This document shows positions 45,698-56,328 of a stretch of DNA of 64,000 nt, one piece after another; position 1 is the stretch's first letter; each line of letters starts with the position of its first letter. A program made the translations under genes and the position numbers. The notes under the pieces are model-generated. The model ran no database searches and was not told the DNA's origin. It was given only the letters and a program-made list of their open reading frames with translations. Source of the DNA: a virus; the IMG/VR virus record IMGVR_UViG_3300021602_000003, positions 1-64,000 of that record. One strand, written 5' to 3'.

Positions 45698-46063
45698 GTG
45701 AAGAAATTATGCCTCCGAGTAGGCATAATTACTGTGTTATTTTTGGTATGTATGTTGCCGGTGAGCAGTATAGCAAAAGCAAATGATATATTTCCAGAAA
45801 TAACACCTCCAGTAGAACAGGTAGATCTAATCAAAGAAGCGAAAATTGCAACGTGCATTGAAGAGTATATAAAGAAACAGTCTACTTCGTATACCAAAAT
45901 TGTACAGAACAATTTATATGATTTGATACATAATTTTAATAATGTAGTTTCTAAGATATACGGAAAGAAAAAGTTAATAGATGAAACACCGTACGAAGAT
46001 AAAATAGTAGCTCTTGCAGCATCGCAATGCGAGACGTATTATAATTTAGGTGTTTTAAAATGA
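45698..46063 (+). CDS. Hypothetical exported protein
   Basis: Signal-like N-terminus. Confidence 0.55.
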   Translation: MKKLCLRVGIITVLFLVCMLPVSSIAKANDIFPEITPPVEQVDLIKEAKIATCIEEYIKKQSTSYTKIVQNNLYDLIHNFNNVVSKIYGKKKLIDETPYEDKIVALAASQCETYYNLGVLK

Positions 46064-46314
46064 GTGTGTGGCTATGTAGAGCCGGTTTGTGTACCTATGA
46101 TTGATTGATAGCGCCTATGTGTAAAGATACCGTGCATGGTATACATGCGTTTTATTTATTGATGGAGCGGCACTTTTTCCTACAAGAGAAATGTAACCGC
46201 GGAGGTTCCTTAATATAGGACGGGGAACTGGGGTTAGATGTAAAAGTTTAACAGGGGAATCCAGTACACACAGAATAGGGCTTAACGGCCCTATTCTTTT
46301 GATAAAAGGGAAAT

Positions 46315-47175
46315 ATGTTAAAAAGCATTGCATTTATAGGATACGGATTTGTAGGCAAAGCATGTCATAAGGCATTCGAGCATAATACGGAAGCGATTAT
46401 AATCGATCCGCGACATTCGACAACAGTAATAACAGATTTACGAATAAGTGACCCGCCGCTTGTTTTTGTTTCGATAAATGCCCCTACCTTAGATGATAGA
46501 TCGGTTGATGCATCGGTAATTTATAGCATATTCGAACAATTAGTAAATATAGAATATAAAGGTATTGTTGTATTAAAGAGTACATTACCTCCAACCATAG
46601 TTGACGATCTTTATATTAGATTTGGTAGAGATAAGGTAATGAATAAAGAGGGGCCTTTACGATATATCTATTCTCCCGAATTTATAAGAGAAAGAGATTG
46701 GGAAAAAGATGCTCTAACACCTTATCAGATAATTATGGCAGGAAGTTTTTTTGATTGCAAGCTCTTACAATCAATATATGAAAATCATTCTAATATTAAT
46801 TGTACGGATGTTATATTTAATATTGTTGATTATAGAGCAGCAGCATTAGCCAAATATGCTATAAATTCTTATCTTGCAAGCAAAGTCGTATTTATGAATC
46901 AACTTTATCAGTTGTATAAAGATACATACAATGACTACGATCATGTATCTGGCATGGATTGGTCTGAATTCATAGATCTGCTAGACACTGATTTAAGGAT
47001 CGGTCATTCTCATCTGGATGTGCCTGGACCGGATGGGCAATTCGGGTATGGAGGCACCTGCTTCCCTAAGGATGTTAAGGCGATGATTGGATTCGATAAA
47101 GAAAATAGATTAACTGTATTAAGAGAAACAGAATTAGTCAATACAGTAATTAGATTAACCGGTAGTAAAGAATGA
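46315..47175 (+). CDS. UDP-glucose/GDP-mannose dehydrogenase-like protein (short form)
   Basis: IGYGFVG, KST, SPEF, KYAINS.LA.K, GYGGTCFPKD. Confidence 0.85.
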   Translation: MLKSIAFIGYGFVGKACHKAFEHNTEAIIIDPRHSTTVITDLRISDPPLVFVSINAPTLDDRSVDASVIYSIFEQLVNIEYKGIVVLKSTLPPTIVDDLYIRFGRDKVMNKEGPLRYIYSPEFIRERDWEKDALTPYQIIMAGSFFDCKLLQSIYENHSNINCTDVIFNIVDYRAAALAKYAINSYLASKVVFMNQLYQLYKDTYNDYDHVSGMDWSEFIDLLDTDLRIGHSHLDVPGPDGQFGYGGTCFPKDVKAMIGFDKENRLTVLRETELVNTVIRLTGSKE

Positions 47176-47540
47176 AATATTTATTTTTAGATGATGAAAG
47201 AATGCCTGCAGATGTTAAGTGGCTGCTTATCGGCGGCGTTGGCTCACGGGGTGCAGATTGGCAAATTGTTAGGTCTTACGATGAAGCAATTAAATGGGTC
47301 CAAGATAACGGATTTCCAGACGTAATATCGTTTGACCATGATTTGGGATTGATGCATTATGCAAACGACTATTCCGACGGAAAGACGGGGTATGATTTTG
47401 CTAAATGGTTGGTGGAATATGACATGGATACAAATTCTATGCCCGTTAAATTCTCATTTACTGTGCATAGTAAGAACCCAACCGGGACGATAAATATAGA
47501 ATCAATATTAGATAATTATATAAGGTATAAAAGAAAATGA
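47172..47540 (+). CDS. Cyclic-phosphate-processing receiver-domain protein
   Basis: LFLDDER, ISFDHDLG, TGYDFAKWL, VHSKNP.G. Confidence 0.75.
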   Translation: MKYLFLDDERMPADVKWLLIGGVGSRGADWQIVRSYDEAIKWVQDNGFPDVISFDHDLGLMHYANDYSDGKTGYDFAKWLVEYDMDTNSMPVKFSFTVHSKNPTGTINIESILDNYIRYKRK

Positions 47541-47798
47541 GTGCTGGAATAATGAGATCTTGGCAAACTTCTAAATTAATAAAGTCTAAAACTCCTGTGG
47601 AATATTTTTTCGCAATACAGGAGTATATGCTGTACGAGTACAGTGTTGCTAAGTTTAACACAATGGAAAAATTTAAAGAATTTTTTGATAAATATAATTA
47701 ACAACTACCTCTAGGACCGTTGTGGCTACTGCTAACGCAGGCGTCGATAAGGAACGATTCGCTACCGTTCCTTATCTTTATATTTGGGGTATACTATT

Positions 47799-48167
47799 AT
47801 GGGCGTATTAGGAAAAATTAGTGATCTTGCCAAAGGCAAAGTTCAGCTCTCGACACCGGCTAGATCATCACAATGGCCTACCGCTCGTGCCAATTATTTA
47901 AAAATAAATGGCAAGTGTGCTGTATGCGGTTCTACCAAAAAGTTAGAAGTACATCATAAACAGCCATTTCATGTTCATCCCGAATTAGAATTAGATCCAA
48001 CAAATTTTATTACATTATGTGAAACAGACGACAACGGCATTAATTGCCATTTATTGGTCGGCCATCTAGGTAATTTTAAGAGCGTAAATGTTAATGTAGA
48101 AGCAGACGCCGCATCCTGGAATCAAAAATTAGCAAATCGGCCAGCTGACGCCAACTTGGTAAAATGA
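47799..48167 (+). CDS. Small HNH endonuclease
   Basis: CAVCG...LEVHH...N.ITLC...CHLL.GH. Confidence 0.75.
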   Translation: MGVLGKISDLAKGKVQLSTPARSSQWPTARANYLKINGKCAVCGSTKKLEVHHKQPFHVHPELELDPTNFITLCETDDNGINCHLLVGHLGNFKSVNVNVEADAASWNQKLANRPADANLVK

Positions 48168-48168
48168 T

Positions 48169-48660
48169 ATGAGACTGTTTGAATTTTTTAATGGCATAAA
48201 TAAACCACCGGGGAATGATCGCGAACCCGGAGAGTCGATGGCCGAAGTCTTAGCCGACTTACTTTTACAAGTTTCAAATAATATACAGAGTTCGGCTGCA
48301 GAATATGATGACGATGAAGAATATAAACAACAGTTAGAAGAGAGGGCTATGTATTTGCTATCTTTATCTACTATATTTGATTTAGATGGAATGAATGCCG
48401 GATTAAATGCATTATATAACAAATATCTTTCTATTGCTGATTATGCAGAAGAAGTTGCAAGAGACCATATGAATATTAATCTACACGATATGTATAATAA
48501 TACATTATCGGAAGCAAAAACTGATAAGAAGAAAGTACCTGCCACCACACCCCGCAATTTTGTAGCGAAAGCAGTTACCAGAAAGACAGGTGGCGGCCCC
48601 CATTCTGAAAATAAATTCACACGTAAAGAAAAGCATAAAAAGCCTGAATCCGGCCAATAA
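48169..48660 (+). CDS. Hypothetical protein, putative internal head protein
   Basis: MRLFEFF N-terminus; LSE followed by a basic tail. Confidence 0.55.
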   Translation: MRLFEFFNGINKPPGNDREPGESMAEVLADLLLQVSNNIQSSAAEYDDDEEYKQQLEERAMYLLSLSTIFDLDGMNAGLNALYNKYLSIADYAEEVARDHMNINLHDMYNNTLSEAKTDKKKVPATTPRNFVAKAVTRKTGGGPHSENKFTRKEKHKKPESGQ

Positions 48661-48759
48661 GATACCCGATCGTATAAATATCCTCTGAGCAGCTAACCAA
48701 GATTAGTTGCGATTATTTTTGGCTGATGCTAAAATAATCTTATATCATAAGGATAAGAA

Positions 48760-49908
48760 ATGGCAACAAAGAGTTCAGCAGGTGTATTTGTTAGTTGGCC
48801 CAAACCCGATTTCGAATATACAGTAAAAACAAATAAGCACTTCGTGAGGAATTTTCACGGTGCCATGCTGTATGCTCATTATGAACTTTCGGCAACAGAG
48901 TTGAAGAAAGAAGTAATAAAGTATTTGAAATCTATCAATCTAAAACATCCATTACTGGATCGTATTAAAGATATGCACGAAAATAGATTTGCTACTGTGG
49001 GAAAGTATATGTATCTATTAAACCACGGATGCGATATACCCGATAGCGTTTTTCCTAAATTAATGCCCGCCTTGGAGAAAGTAATATATGAAGAAGAAAA
49101 AAGGCTTGCGGCAGTTGAAAAAGAATCACAGGATAGATCCGTTCTCAAAGTTCAAGAGCCTGTTAAAGCAGTTATCTCTATTCAGGACAGGTTGCGTGAA
49201 AAATCGTGTCAGATTGCGGGAGAAATAGAAGGATGGATAGACGACTTCTGTATGGATAAAAAACTTCCTGTAAAGTCGGTGGAGGATTTTGTGAATTTAT
49301 TTAAATCAAATGAATTAAAAGCACCGCATATGAAGTTCATACAAGCAGAGTTTGAAGGTCGACTAAAGGAGATGGCCGAAGCACTACAAGGTAAAGATAA
49401 AGAATTGGTAGAAGCATATTCTAATTATACTAATGCAGAATTGAAGAAGGCAGATTTATTTAATAGAAACTTATTCAAGGCATGCGCCATGATGCAAGAA
49501 TCAGCAAAGGTAGAAAGAGCACCCCGTAAAAAGAAACTTGTTTCTGCCGATAAAGTTGTATCTAAATTAAAATATAAGAAGGATGATAAAACACTGGGTA
49601 TTGTTAGTTTGAATCCTACACAAATAATTGGTGCTAAGGAAGTATGGACTTACAATGTTAGAACACGCAAATTATCTCAGTACAAAGCAGTTGACGCAGG
49701 AGGACTCGGTGTTAAAGGCGCAAGTTTACTGAATTATTCGTCTGATTCTTTAGAAAAAACACTGCGTAAGCCTGTCGAGACGCTCGCAGACTTCAAGAAG
49801 GCAAGTAAGGTCAAACTTCGCACTTTTTTGAAGGATTTAACAACACTCGATATTCCGTGCGGCGGCAAACTTAACGAGAATCATGTTATTCTGAGGATTG
49901 ATAAATGA
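48760..49908 (+). CDS. Hypothetical phage protein
   Basis: 382-aa ORF with SD. Confidence 0.7.
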   Translation: MATKSSAGVFVSWPKPDFEYTVKTNKHFVRNFHGAMLYAHYELSATELKKEVIKYLKSINLKHPLLDRIKDMHENRFATVGKYMYLLNHGCDIPDSVFPKLMPALEKVIYEEEKRLAAVEKESQDRSVLKVQEPVKAVISIQDRLREKSCQIAGEIEGWIDDFCMDKKLPVKSVEDFVNLFKSNELKAPHMKFIQAEFEGRLKEMAEALQGKDKELVEAYSNYTNAELKKADLFNRNLFKACAMMQESAKVERAPRKKKLVSADKVVSKLKYKKDDKTLGIVSLNPTQIIGAKEVWTYNVRTRKLSQYKAVDAGGLGVKGASLLNYSSDSLEKTLRKPVETLADFKKASKVKLRTFLKDLTTLDIPCGGKLNENHVILRIDK

Positions 49909-49937
49909 GATTATTTTTAGACACAGAATCGGCTTGA
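49905..49937 (+). pseudogene. Orphaned 5' stub of the exonuclease gene (MRLFLDTE-SA-stop)
   Basis: First 8 codons encode the same peptide as 50759. Confidence 0.75.
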
Positions 49938-49967
49938 AAATGATAAATACTCTTATATAGGAGTATT

Positions 49968-50759
49968 ATGGCATATAATAAAATAGTGTATAGGGTTAAT
50001 TATTTAGGTGAGAAGATATATTGTAATGTTGACGAGACACCCAAGACTGCTTACACAATAGAACTTACTTGCGATAAATGTGGCCATATATGGGATGCAT
50101 CAACAAGTAACTGGTTGAATATAAAAAAACGATCTACATATAATGGTGAGATGTGTATAAGATGTAGTAGAACAGGGGAGGGTAATCCAGCATTCGGGAA
50201 GAACCCTCACAGAAATATGTCAGAAAGTGAACTACAGAATCTTAAAGATAATTTAAGTAAGTCTTTAACTGGTAAGAATAATCCAATGTACGGAAAACAT
50301 CATTCCGCGACAACCAGAGCATTACAGTCTAATAGTAAGGTGGATTTAATTGCAGAAGGAAAATTCAATATAAAAAGTTGTAATAGAGGTAGAAAAGCCT
50401 ACTATGTTTCTACTAAATCTAATACACAATTTCACGCAGACTCTATCTTAGAATTAGCAAGAATGATTGAATTAGACAATGATATAAATGTTATATCTTG
50501 GACAAAACATCACGGAATAAGAATTCCTTATATATTTGAAGGAAAGAATCATAATTATGTTCCTGATTTTTTAATAGAATTTAAATCTGGTAAAAAAATG
50601 ATAGAGGAAGTTAAGGGTAGAATAGATCCTATTGATATTGAAAAGGAAAAGCGAGCAATAGCGTTTTGTGAAGAAAAAGATTATACATATAGAATGATTA
50701 TGGGCAAGGATTTATCGGATTTAGCAAATTATAAAAGATTATTGAAGGAGACAAAATAA
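49968..50759 (+). CDS. TnsA-like PD-(D/E)xK homing endonuclease with NUMOD3
   Basis: NPMYGKHHS; S.LE; YVPDF...IEEVKG. Confidence 0.8.
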   Translation: MAYNKIVYRVNYLGEKIYCNVDETPKTAYTIELTCDKCGHIWDASTSNWLNIKKRSTYNGEMCIRCSRTGEGNPAFGKNPHRNMSESELQNLKDNLSKSLTGKNNPMYGKHHSATTRALQSNSKVDLIAEGKFNIKSCNRGRKAYYVSTKSNTQFHADSILELARMIELDNDINVISWTKHHGIRIPYIFEGKNHNYVPDFLIEFKSGKKMIEEVKGRIDPIDIEKEKRAIAFCEEKDYTYRMIMGKDLSDLANYKRLLKETK

Positions 50760-51211
50760 TGCGTTTATTTTTGGATACGGAGTTTGTGGATTTAGTGCCT
50801 AATGCAAAACTAATCAGCATTGCTTTGGTCGATGAGGACGAAAACTATTTTTATGCTGAATTAACTGATACATACGAACTGAAAGACTGTTCGGATTTTG
50901 TTAGAGCAAATGTATTACCTTTATTGCGCGGTAAGAATAAAATGACACACTATGATTGCTCATTAGCAATTGCTAATTGGATTGAAGCAAGAAATGTCCC
51001 CTGTGTTATTGCTTCTGATAATCCATCCTGGGATATTCCGCATTTAAATAAATTGATATCACCTTTATGGCCAGACAACTTAGAAAAAATATGTATACCG
51101 ATCAGGGTGTCGGATCTTGTAGAAGAAGCACTATTGGTTAAATTTGGGTATGATGCACATAATGCATTGGATGACGCCTTTGTGATGAAGAAGGCAACCT
51201 TAGGATATTGA
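50759..51211 (+). CDS. DEDDh 3'-5' exonuclease
   Basis: FLDTEF, LISIAL, WD, HNALDDA. Confidence 0.8.
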   Translation: MRLFLDTEFVDLVPNAKLISIALVDEDENYFYAELTDTYELKDCSDFVRANVLPLLRGKNKMTHYDCSLAIANWIEARNVPCVIASDNPSWDIPHLNKLISPLWPDNLEKICIPIRVSDLVEEALLVKFGYDAHNALDDAFVMKKATLGY

Positions 51212-51222
51212 TAAATACGGGT

Positions 51223-52080
51223 ATGAAAATATCTGAAATTATCACAGAAGGCTATCCCCCTATCCCGGTAGAATTAATAAATCGGATAGAACAACTATAT
51301 AATAGCCATATGCCTATAAAAGATGTTGCTATAGAAATGAATATGCCACTTCATAAAATCAGTAATATATTGTCTAAGCAATTAAAAAACCGTCAATTAC
51401 GTCGTAATATTACGTTTTCTCCGGAGGAGGTATCGCTGGTTAAGCAATTGTATGATGAAGGACTGCCGTTTAATGCTATTGCTGATAAAGCAGGCATGAG
51501 TAATGAGCGGGTGGTATCTCTACTAAAATATAATTATAAAGAACGGAAACCTCGTTGGAAAGGACACACCCCGACTACACCTATCAATACTCACAAATTA
51601 ATTTCATCGGAACAAAAACAGCAAATGATACAGATGTATATTGCTGGTAAAACATTAAAATCTATTTCTTCGGAAATTAAGGTATCTCCTTCGGCCGTCC
51701 AACATTATTTGACTAAATTGCCAAATTATAGTGAATTAAGGCAACAAAGTATGTCAGCAGCAGGTGATTCATTCACCCCTGGTAAGAAAGGTACGACTAA
51801 GGAAGAGGTAAGTCGGATGTCTCGACTATTCGTCGATGGATTAAGTATTGAGAGCATAGGAAAAGTGTTTGATTTAAATCGTAAGGTAATAGAATATCAT
51901 TTAAAAAGATTATCTAACTACCCAGAATTAAAACAACAGCGCACTGCATCAATAGATGCTCATAAAGACGACCTTGCAAGACAAGCGGTTACTAATATAT
52001 ATCGTGCTGGTTCGATTGGTAATGATCGATTACAAGGACCGGGCGGTCGAAGTAATCGCGGTCGAACTGCCGGTAGATAA
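51223..52080 (+). CDS. Tandem HTH-repeat protein
   Basis: Four L(Y/F)-x-x-G/H...IA/VA/IS/IG HTH-like repeats; MKISEIITE N-terminus; late promoter. Confidence 0.65.
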   Translation: MKISEIITEGYPPIPVELINRIEQLYNSHMPIKDVAIEMNMPLHKISNILSKQLKNRQLRRNITFSPEEVSLVKQLYDEGLPFNAIADKAGMSNERVVSLLKYNYKERKPRWKGHTPTTPINTHKLISSEQKQQMIQMYIAGKTLKSISSEIKVSPSAVQHYLTKLPNYSELRQQSMSAAGDSFTPGKKGTTKEEVSRMSRLFVDGLSIESIGKVFDLNRKVIEYHLKRLSNYPELKQQRTASIDAHKDDLARQAVTNIYRAGSIGNDRLQGPGGRSNRGRTAGR

Positions 52081-52114
52081 TTGATAAATAGTGTATCACT
52101 GGAGTTGATACACT

Positions 52115-52867
52115 ATGTCTGCACAATATACACCGAGATCCCTGCTAATTCGCCAAATAGAGCTTTTGCTCGGTTCTCAGATGGTGGACGTCGAACTCGA
52201 CCAGGAGCACATAAATTTAGGTATCACGATTGGTATTCAAAAGTTGCGTCAACAATCGGATGGCGCTAATCTTGAGAAAGATATCTTTTTACATATTACA
52301 CGAGATATAACAGAATATACATTACCGGACGAAGTTCAGGAAGTTAGAAGACTATATCGCCGGGGCGTCGGTGCATATACAAACGGCGGTATCAATTTTG
52401 ATCCAGTAGATGCTGCATTCTATAATATCTATATGTTGCAACCAAATAGGTCCGGCGGATTGGCTACATGGGATATGTATAATCAATTCTTGGAAACAAC
52501 CGAACGATTATTTGCAAGTCAGATGAATTTCACATGGGACGTAAATTCTCATACATTGAAAATTATTCGCCGACCGACAGCAGACGAAGAGGTAGCGGTG
52601 CGCGTTTATGCAAGCAAATCGGAAGATGATATCATTAACGATCCTTATACGGGGCCTTGGTTACGTTCTTATTCTACAGCATATTCTAAGTATATGTTAG
52701 GCGAAGCAAGAGATAAGTTTCCGGGGGGTTTTCCGGGACCGAATGGCAATGTTACTCTTAATGGTGCTACTATTAAGCAAGAAGCTCAGGTAGAGATGGA
52801 TAAGTTAGAATTACAACTACAAAATCTCGTAACTGCTTCGGATGGATATAGCTTTGTAATCGGTTAA
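52115..52867 (+). CDS. Neck protein (T4 gp13-like)
   Basis: LGS..VDVELD; W...Y..A..K..LG.AR.KF; PGPNG..TLNG. Confidence 0.8.
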   Translation: MSAQYTPRSLLIRQIELLLGSQMVDVELDQEHINLGITIGIQKLRQQSDGANLEKDIFLHITRDITEYTLPDEVQEVRRLYRRGVGAYTNGGINFDPVDAAFYNIYMLQPNRSGGLATWDMYNQFLETTERLFASQMNFTWDVNSHTLKIIRRPTADEEVAVRVYASKSEDDIINDPYTGPWLRSYSTAYSKYMLGEARDKFPGGFPGPNGNVTLNGATIKQEAQVEMDKLELQLQNLVTASDGYSFVIG

Positions 52868-52936
52868 AATAACAAAATTATTCAACCCCTGAGCGGTTTG
52901 TGTATAACTACATAAACATTAACTTAGGGGTTTCTT

Positions 52937-53569
52937 ATGATTGTAGGCCTACTCGGATTCATTAATAGCGGTAAAGGTACTGTTGCATCGCAACTTGTCA
53001 ATAGATATGATTTTAGGCAAGATAGTTTTGCAGCAGGTTTGAAAGATGCTTGTGCCGTTATGTTTGATTGGCCCAGGCATATGCTCGAAGGCGATACAAA
53101 GGAGTCTCGGGAATGGCGTGAAATTGTAGACCCGTGGTGGGCCGAACAATTGAACATGCCTAATTTTAGTCCCAGACTTGCCTTGCAAGTAATTGGTACA
53201 GATGTTATGCGTAATAACTTCCATCAAGATATGTGGTTCTTAACACTTCGAAACAGAATTCGTAAAAATCCTGATCAGAATGTAGTTATTAGTGATGTTC
53301 GTTTTCCTAACGAAATAAAATTTATTCAAGAGCAAGGCGGCACGTTAATTAAGGTAAATCGTGGCCCTGCACCCATTTGGTATGAGACAGCTATCTTAGC
53401 AAATAGGGGTAATTCCATTGCTAAAGCAGTGATGACTGAAACATATTCTGCTGCTCATTTAAGTGAATGGGCATGGGTGGGGTCAAAAATTGATTATGAG
53501 CTAAATAATGATAGTACATTAGAAAGTCTAGAAGGTCAGGTCCAGAAAATATTCTCCAATAAATTATAA
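52937..53569 (+). CDS. Deoxynucleoside monophosphate kinase (T4 gp1-like)
   Basis: GFINSGK, SFA..LK, PR..LQ..GTD, SDVRFPNE, HLSE. Confidence 0.92.
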   Translation: MIVGLLGFINSGKGTVASQLVNRYDFRQDSFAAGLKDACAVMFDWPRHMLEGDTKESREWREIVDPWWAEQLNMPNFSPRLALQVIGTDVMRNNFHQDMWFLTLRNRIRKNPDQNVVISDVRFPNEIKFIQEQGGTLIKVNRGPAPIWYETAILANRGNSIAKAVMTETYSAAHLSEWAWVGSKIDYELNNDSTLESLEGQVQKIFSNKL

Positions 53570-53656
53570 GATTGGTGCTTTATTTGCAGCATATTTAACA
53601 CCCTTCCTGATAAATACTAGCAACAAGAAGAAACATCTTCAATAGGAGTTAAATAT

Positions 53657-56203
53657 ATGGCAGTTTTAGTATCCCCAGGCGTAAGTATTTCAGTTATCGA
53701 CCAAAGCATCAATGTTGGCGCAGGTCCAGGAACAGTTCCACTTATTTTTATCGCCACACAACAAGATAAAACCATTCCAGACGGAACAACTGTTGCAGTT
53801 GGTACAACAAAAGCTAATGCTGGTATTGTATGGTCTATCACATCTCAACGTGATTTGGTACAAACTTTCGGCGATCCTACTTTCTACTCAGTAAGTGGTA
53901 CATCGTTGAACGGGTATCCATTAAATGAATACGGACTTTTAGCAGCTTATTCCTATTTGGGAATTTCCAATCTGTGCAGAGTTGTTAGAGCAGATGTGGA
54001 TACAGCTCAGTTAGAGCCTACACCGATTGCGCCAACAAGTCCTGCAGCGGCAGGAACATATTGGTTAGACGAATCTGTATCTTCGTATGGTTTATTCATA
54101 CGCACAGGCGCACCCGGTTCTGAAATATGGTCACCGGTTACACCAAGATATGTATATAATTTTGCAACAGGTACAGCTAATGAACCAACGGCATCTACCT
54201 CCGAAGCAGATATTGCAGTGGTGTTTGAAACAGAACCAGGCGAATTATCTTATTGGGCATATTTAGAAGGTGGTTGGGTAAAATTACAAGATCCTACAGG
54301 TGGTACGAGCGTAGTTATCCAGTCTGTATGGCCTGATTTAACAGATGTGTTAGTTACTCAGACGTACTGGATTAAGACAGGTTCGGCAGCACAAGGTGCA
54401 GATCTTGTTTTAAGAAAGATGAGCGCATCGACAGGATCTTTCTTGCAAGTCGAGGCTCCGATACTTGTAGATGATGCAGCAGCAGATACTTATTATGCCG
54501 CAAATCCTGCAGGATCTAATGGCCAGGTATATATTAAGATTGCACAAGGTGCAGAATCTACCACACCAAATTTATTCAGATTTATGTTATGTACAGACGG
54601 TGTCTGGGCAGCACTGACCACTATTGTCGGTTCAGCCACAGCACCTACGGCAGGTCCGGTAAATGGTCAGTCGTGGTTTAATGCATTATTAGGATTAAAT
54701 AGTGCTGGAGAATCTACGGTAGATATTATGATTGCTGATGGCGCAGGCGCATGGCAAAATATCAATCTCCCGGGCTTTACTTATACAGTATTACCGGGCG
54801 CACCAACTTTATATCCACAACCTGCCGATCCACAAGATAATGTTCCTACTCCGGCATTAGATACAGGCGATATTTGGGTTAACACCGATGCAGTTCCTTA
54901 TCCTGTTATTAATCGATGGAGTGGTACTGCTTGGGTACTAGTTGACAATACAGACCAAACAACACCTAACGGCATTATCTTCCAAGATGCTCGTCCTAAT
55001 CCTTTATATCATGACGGTGCATATACAGGTGAGAATAATGAAGGTGGTACAAATCCCGACTTAGATCCTGATGCACCACAAGCTGCATTATACCCGAATG
55101 GGTTCTTATTATGGAATACACGCTATTCTACAAATAATGTTAAGTCTTGGGAAGCACCGTATGTATTTGACGGCGTAACAGCGCAGCCAGATGATACCAA
55201 TAACGACTCGTTAGGTCGTTGGGTAACTATATCGGGCAATAATCCAGGCGGCGTACCTTATATGGGTGCAGCAGCACAGCAAATTGTCATCGTAAAAGCA
55301 ATTCAGTCTGTTATTTCTTCTAACGAAGATATTCGTGCAGAAGATTTATATTTTAACTTAATTGCTGCACCTGGCTATGTAGAAGCCATTGACGAGATGC
55401 TTGTGTTGAACGACGATCGTAAAGACACCGCATTCGTGGTAGGCGATACACCGTTTACATTAAGTGCAACAGGCACATCTTTACAGAATTGGGCAACAAA
55501 TCATAGTGTTGCTTACGGTAATGGAGCAGATGGCCTTGTTTCTGCAAGCAAATATTTTGCTGCATGGTATCCAAGCGGATTAAGTACAAATGTTGATGGT
55601 ACAGACGTAGTTGTTCCATCATCCCATATGGCTTTACGTACAATTGCTTATAATGATCAAGTTGCTTATCCTTGGTTCGCACCGGCTGGATTACAACGCG
55701 GTGTTGTAAACAATGCAGGGGCAGTCGGATATGTTAATTCGTCCGGACAATTTGTTACAGTTAAGCTGAATGAAGGCCAACGCGATATTTTATATCAAAA
55801 CGGCATTAATCCAATTCGCGTTATGCCACAAGGCGGTATTGTTGTGTTTGGACAAAAGACACGTCAGCCATATTCGAGTGCAACAGATCGTATCAACGTA
55901 GTTCGTTTAGAAAACTATCTACGTTATCAACTGAACAATCTTGCACAACCGTTCTTATTTGAGCCTAATGATACAACAACACGTAAATCCGTGTTAGATG
56001 CATTCAACAGATTCTTATCTGAACTTATTACATTGCGTGGTTTATATGACTTCTTGGTTGTTTGCGACTTGAGCAACAACACACCTGCTCGTATAGATAG
56101 AAACGAATTGTGGATTGACGTTGCAATTCAACCTGTTAAGGCAATTGAGTTTATTTATATTCCTATCAGAATTAAAAATACTGGTGCTAGTTTAACAGTA
56201 TAA
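53657..56203 (+). CDS. Tail sheath protein (gp18-like)
   Basis: LVSPGV, PWFAPAG..RG, INPI, FGQKT, DRINVVRL, FLFEPND, EFIYIP. Confidence 0.95.
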   Translation: MAVLVSPGVSISVIDQSINVGAGPGTVPLIFIATQQDKTIPDGTTVAVGTTKANAGIVWSITSQRDLVQTFGDPTFYSVSGTSLNGYPLNEYGLLAAYSYLGISNLCRVVRADVDTAQLEPTPIAPTSPAAAGTYWLDESVSSYGLFIRTGAPGSEIWSPVTPRYVYNFATGTANEPTASTSEADIAVVFETEPGELSYWAYLEGGWVKLQDPTGGTSVVIQSVWPDLTDVLVTQTYWIKTGSAAQGADLVLRKMSASTGSFLQVEAPILVDDAAADTYYAANPAGSNGQVYIKIAQGAESTTPNLFRFMLCTDGVWAALTTIVGSATAPTAGPVNGQSWFNALLGLNSAGESTVDIMIADGAGAWQNINLPGFTYTVLPGAPTLYPQPADPQDNVPTPALDTGDIWVNTDAVPYPVINRWSGTAWVLVDNTDQTTPNGIIFQDARPNPLYHDGAYTGENNEGGTNPDLDPDAPQAALYPNGFLLWNTRYSTNNVKSWEAPYVFDGVTAQPDDTNNDSLGRWVTISGNNPGGVPYMGAAAQQIVIVKAIQSVISSNEDIRAEDLYFNLIAAPGYVEAIDEMLVLNDDRKDTAFVVGDTPFTLSATGTSLQNWATNHSVAYGNGADGLVSASKYFAAWYPSGLSTNVDGTDVVVPSSHMALRTIAYNDQVAYPWFAPAGLQRGVVNNAGAVGYVNSSGQFVTVKLNEGQRDILYQNGINPIRVMPQGGIVVFGQKTRQPYSSATDRINVVRLENYLRYQLNNLAQPFLFEPNDTTTRKSVLDAFNRFLSELITLRGLYDFLVVCDLSNNTPARIDRNELWIDVAIQPVKAIEFIYIPIRIKNTGASLTV

Positions 56204-56215
56204 GTGAAATCACTT

Positions 56216-56250
56216 AATAAAAGGGCAGAATAAAATTTGCCCTTTTATTT
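56216..56250 (+). terminator. Intrinsic terminator
   Basis: AATAAAAGGGCA/TGCCCTTTTATT. Confidence 0.75.
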
Positions 56251-56328
56251 TGGCAATTTTAAATACCTCTCGAAGAAAAATTCGACAGATTTGATAAATA
56301 GTATTAGCTTTTATAGCAGGAGAATAAG

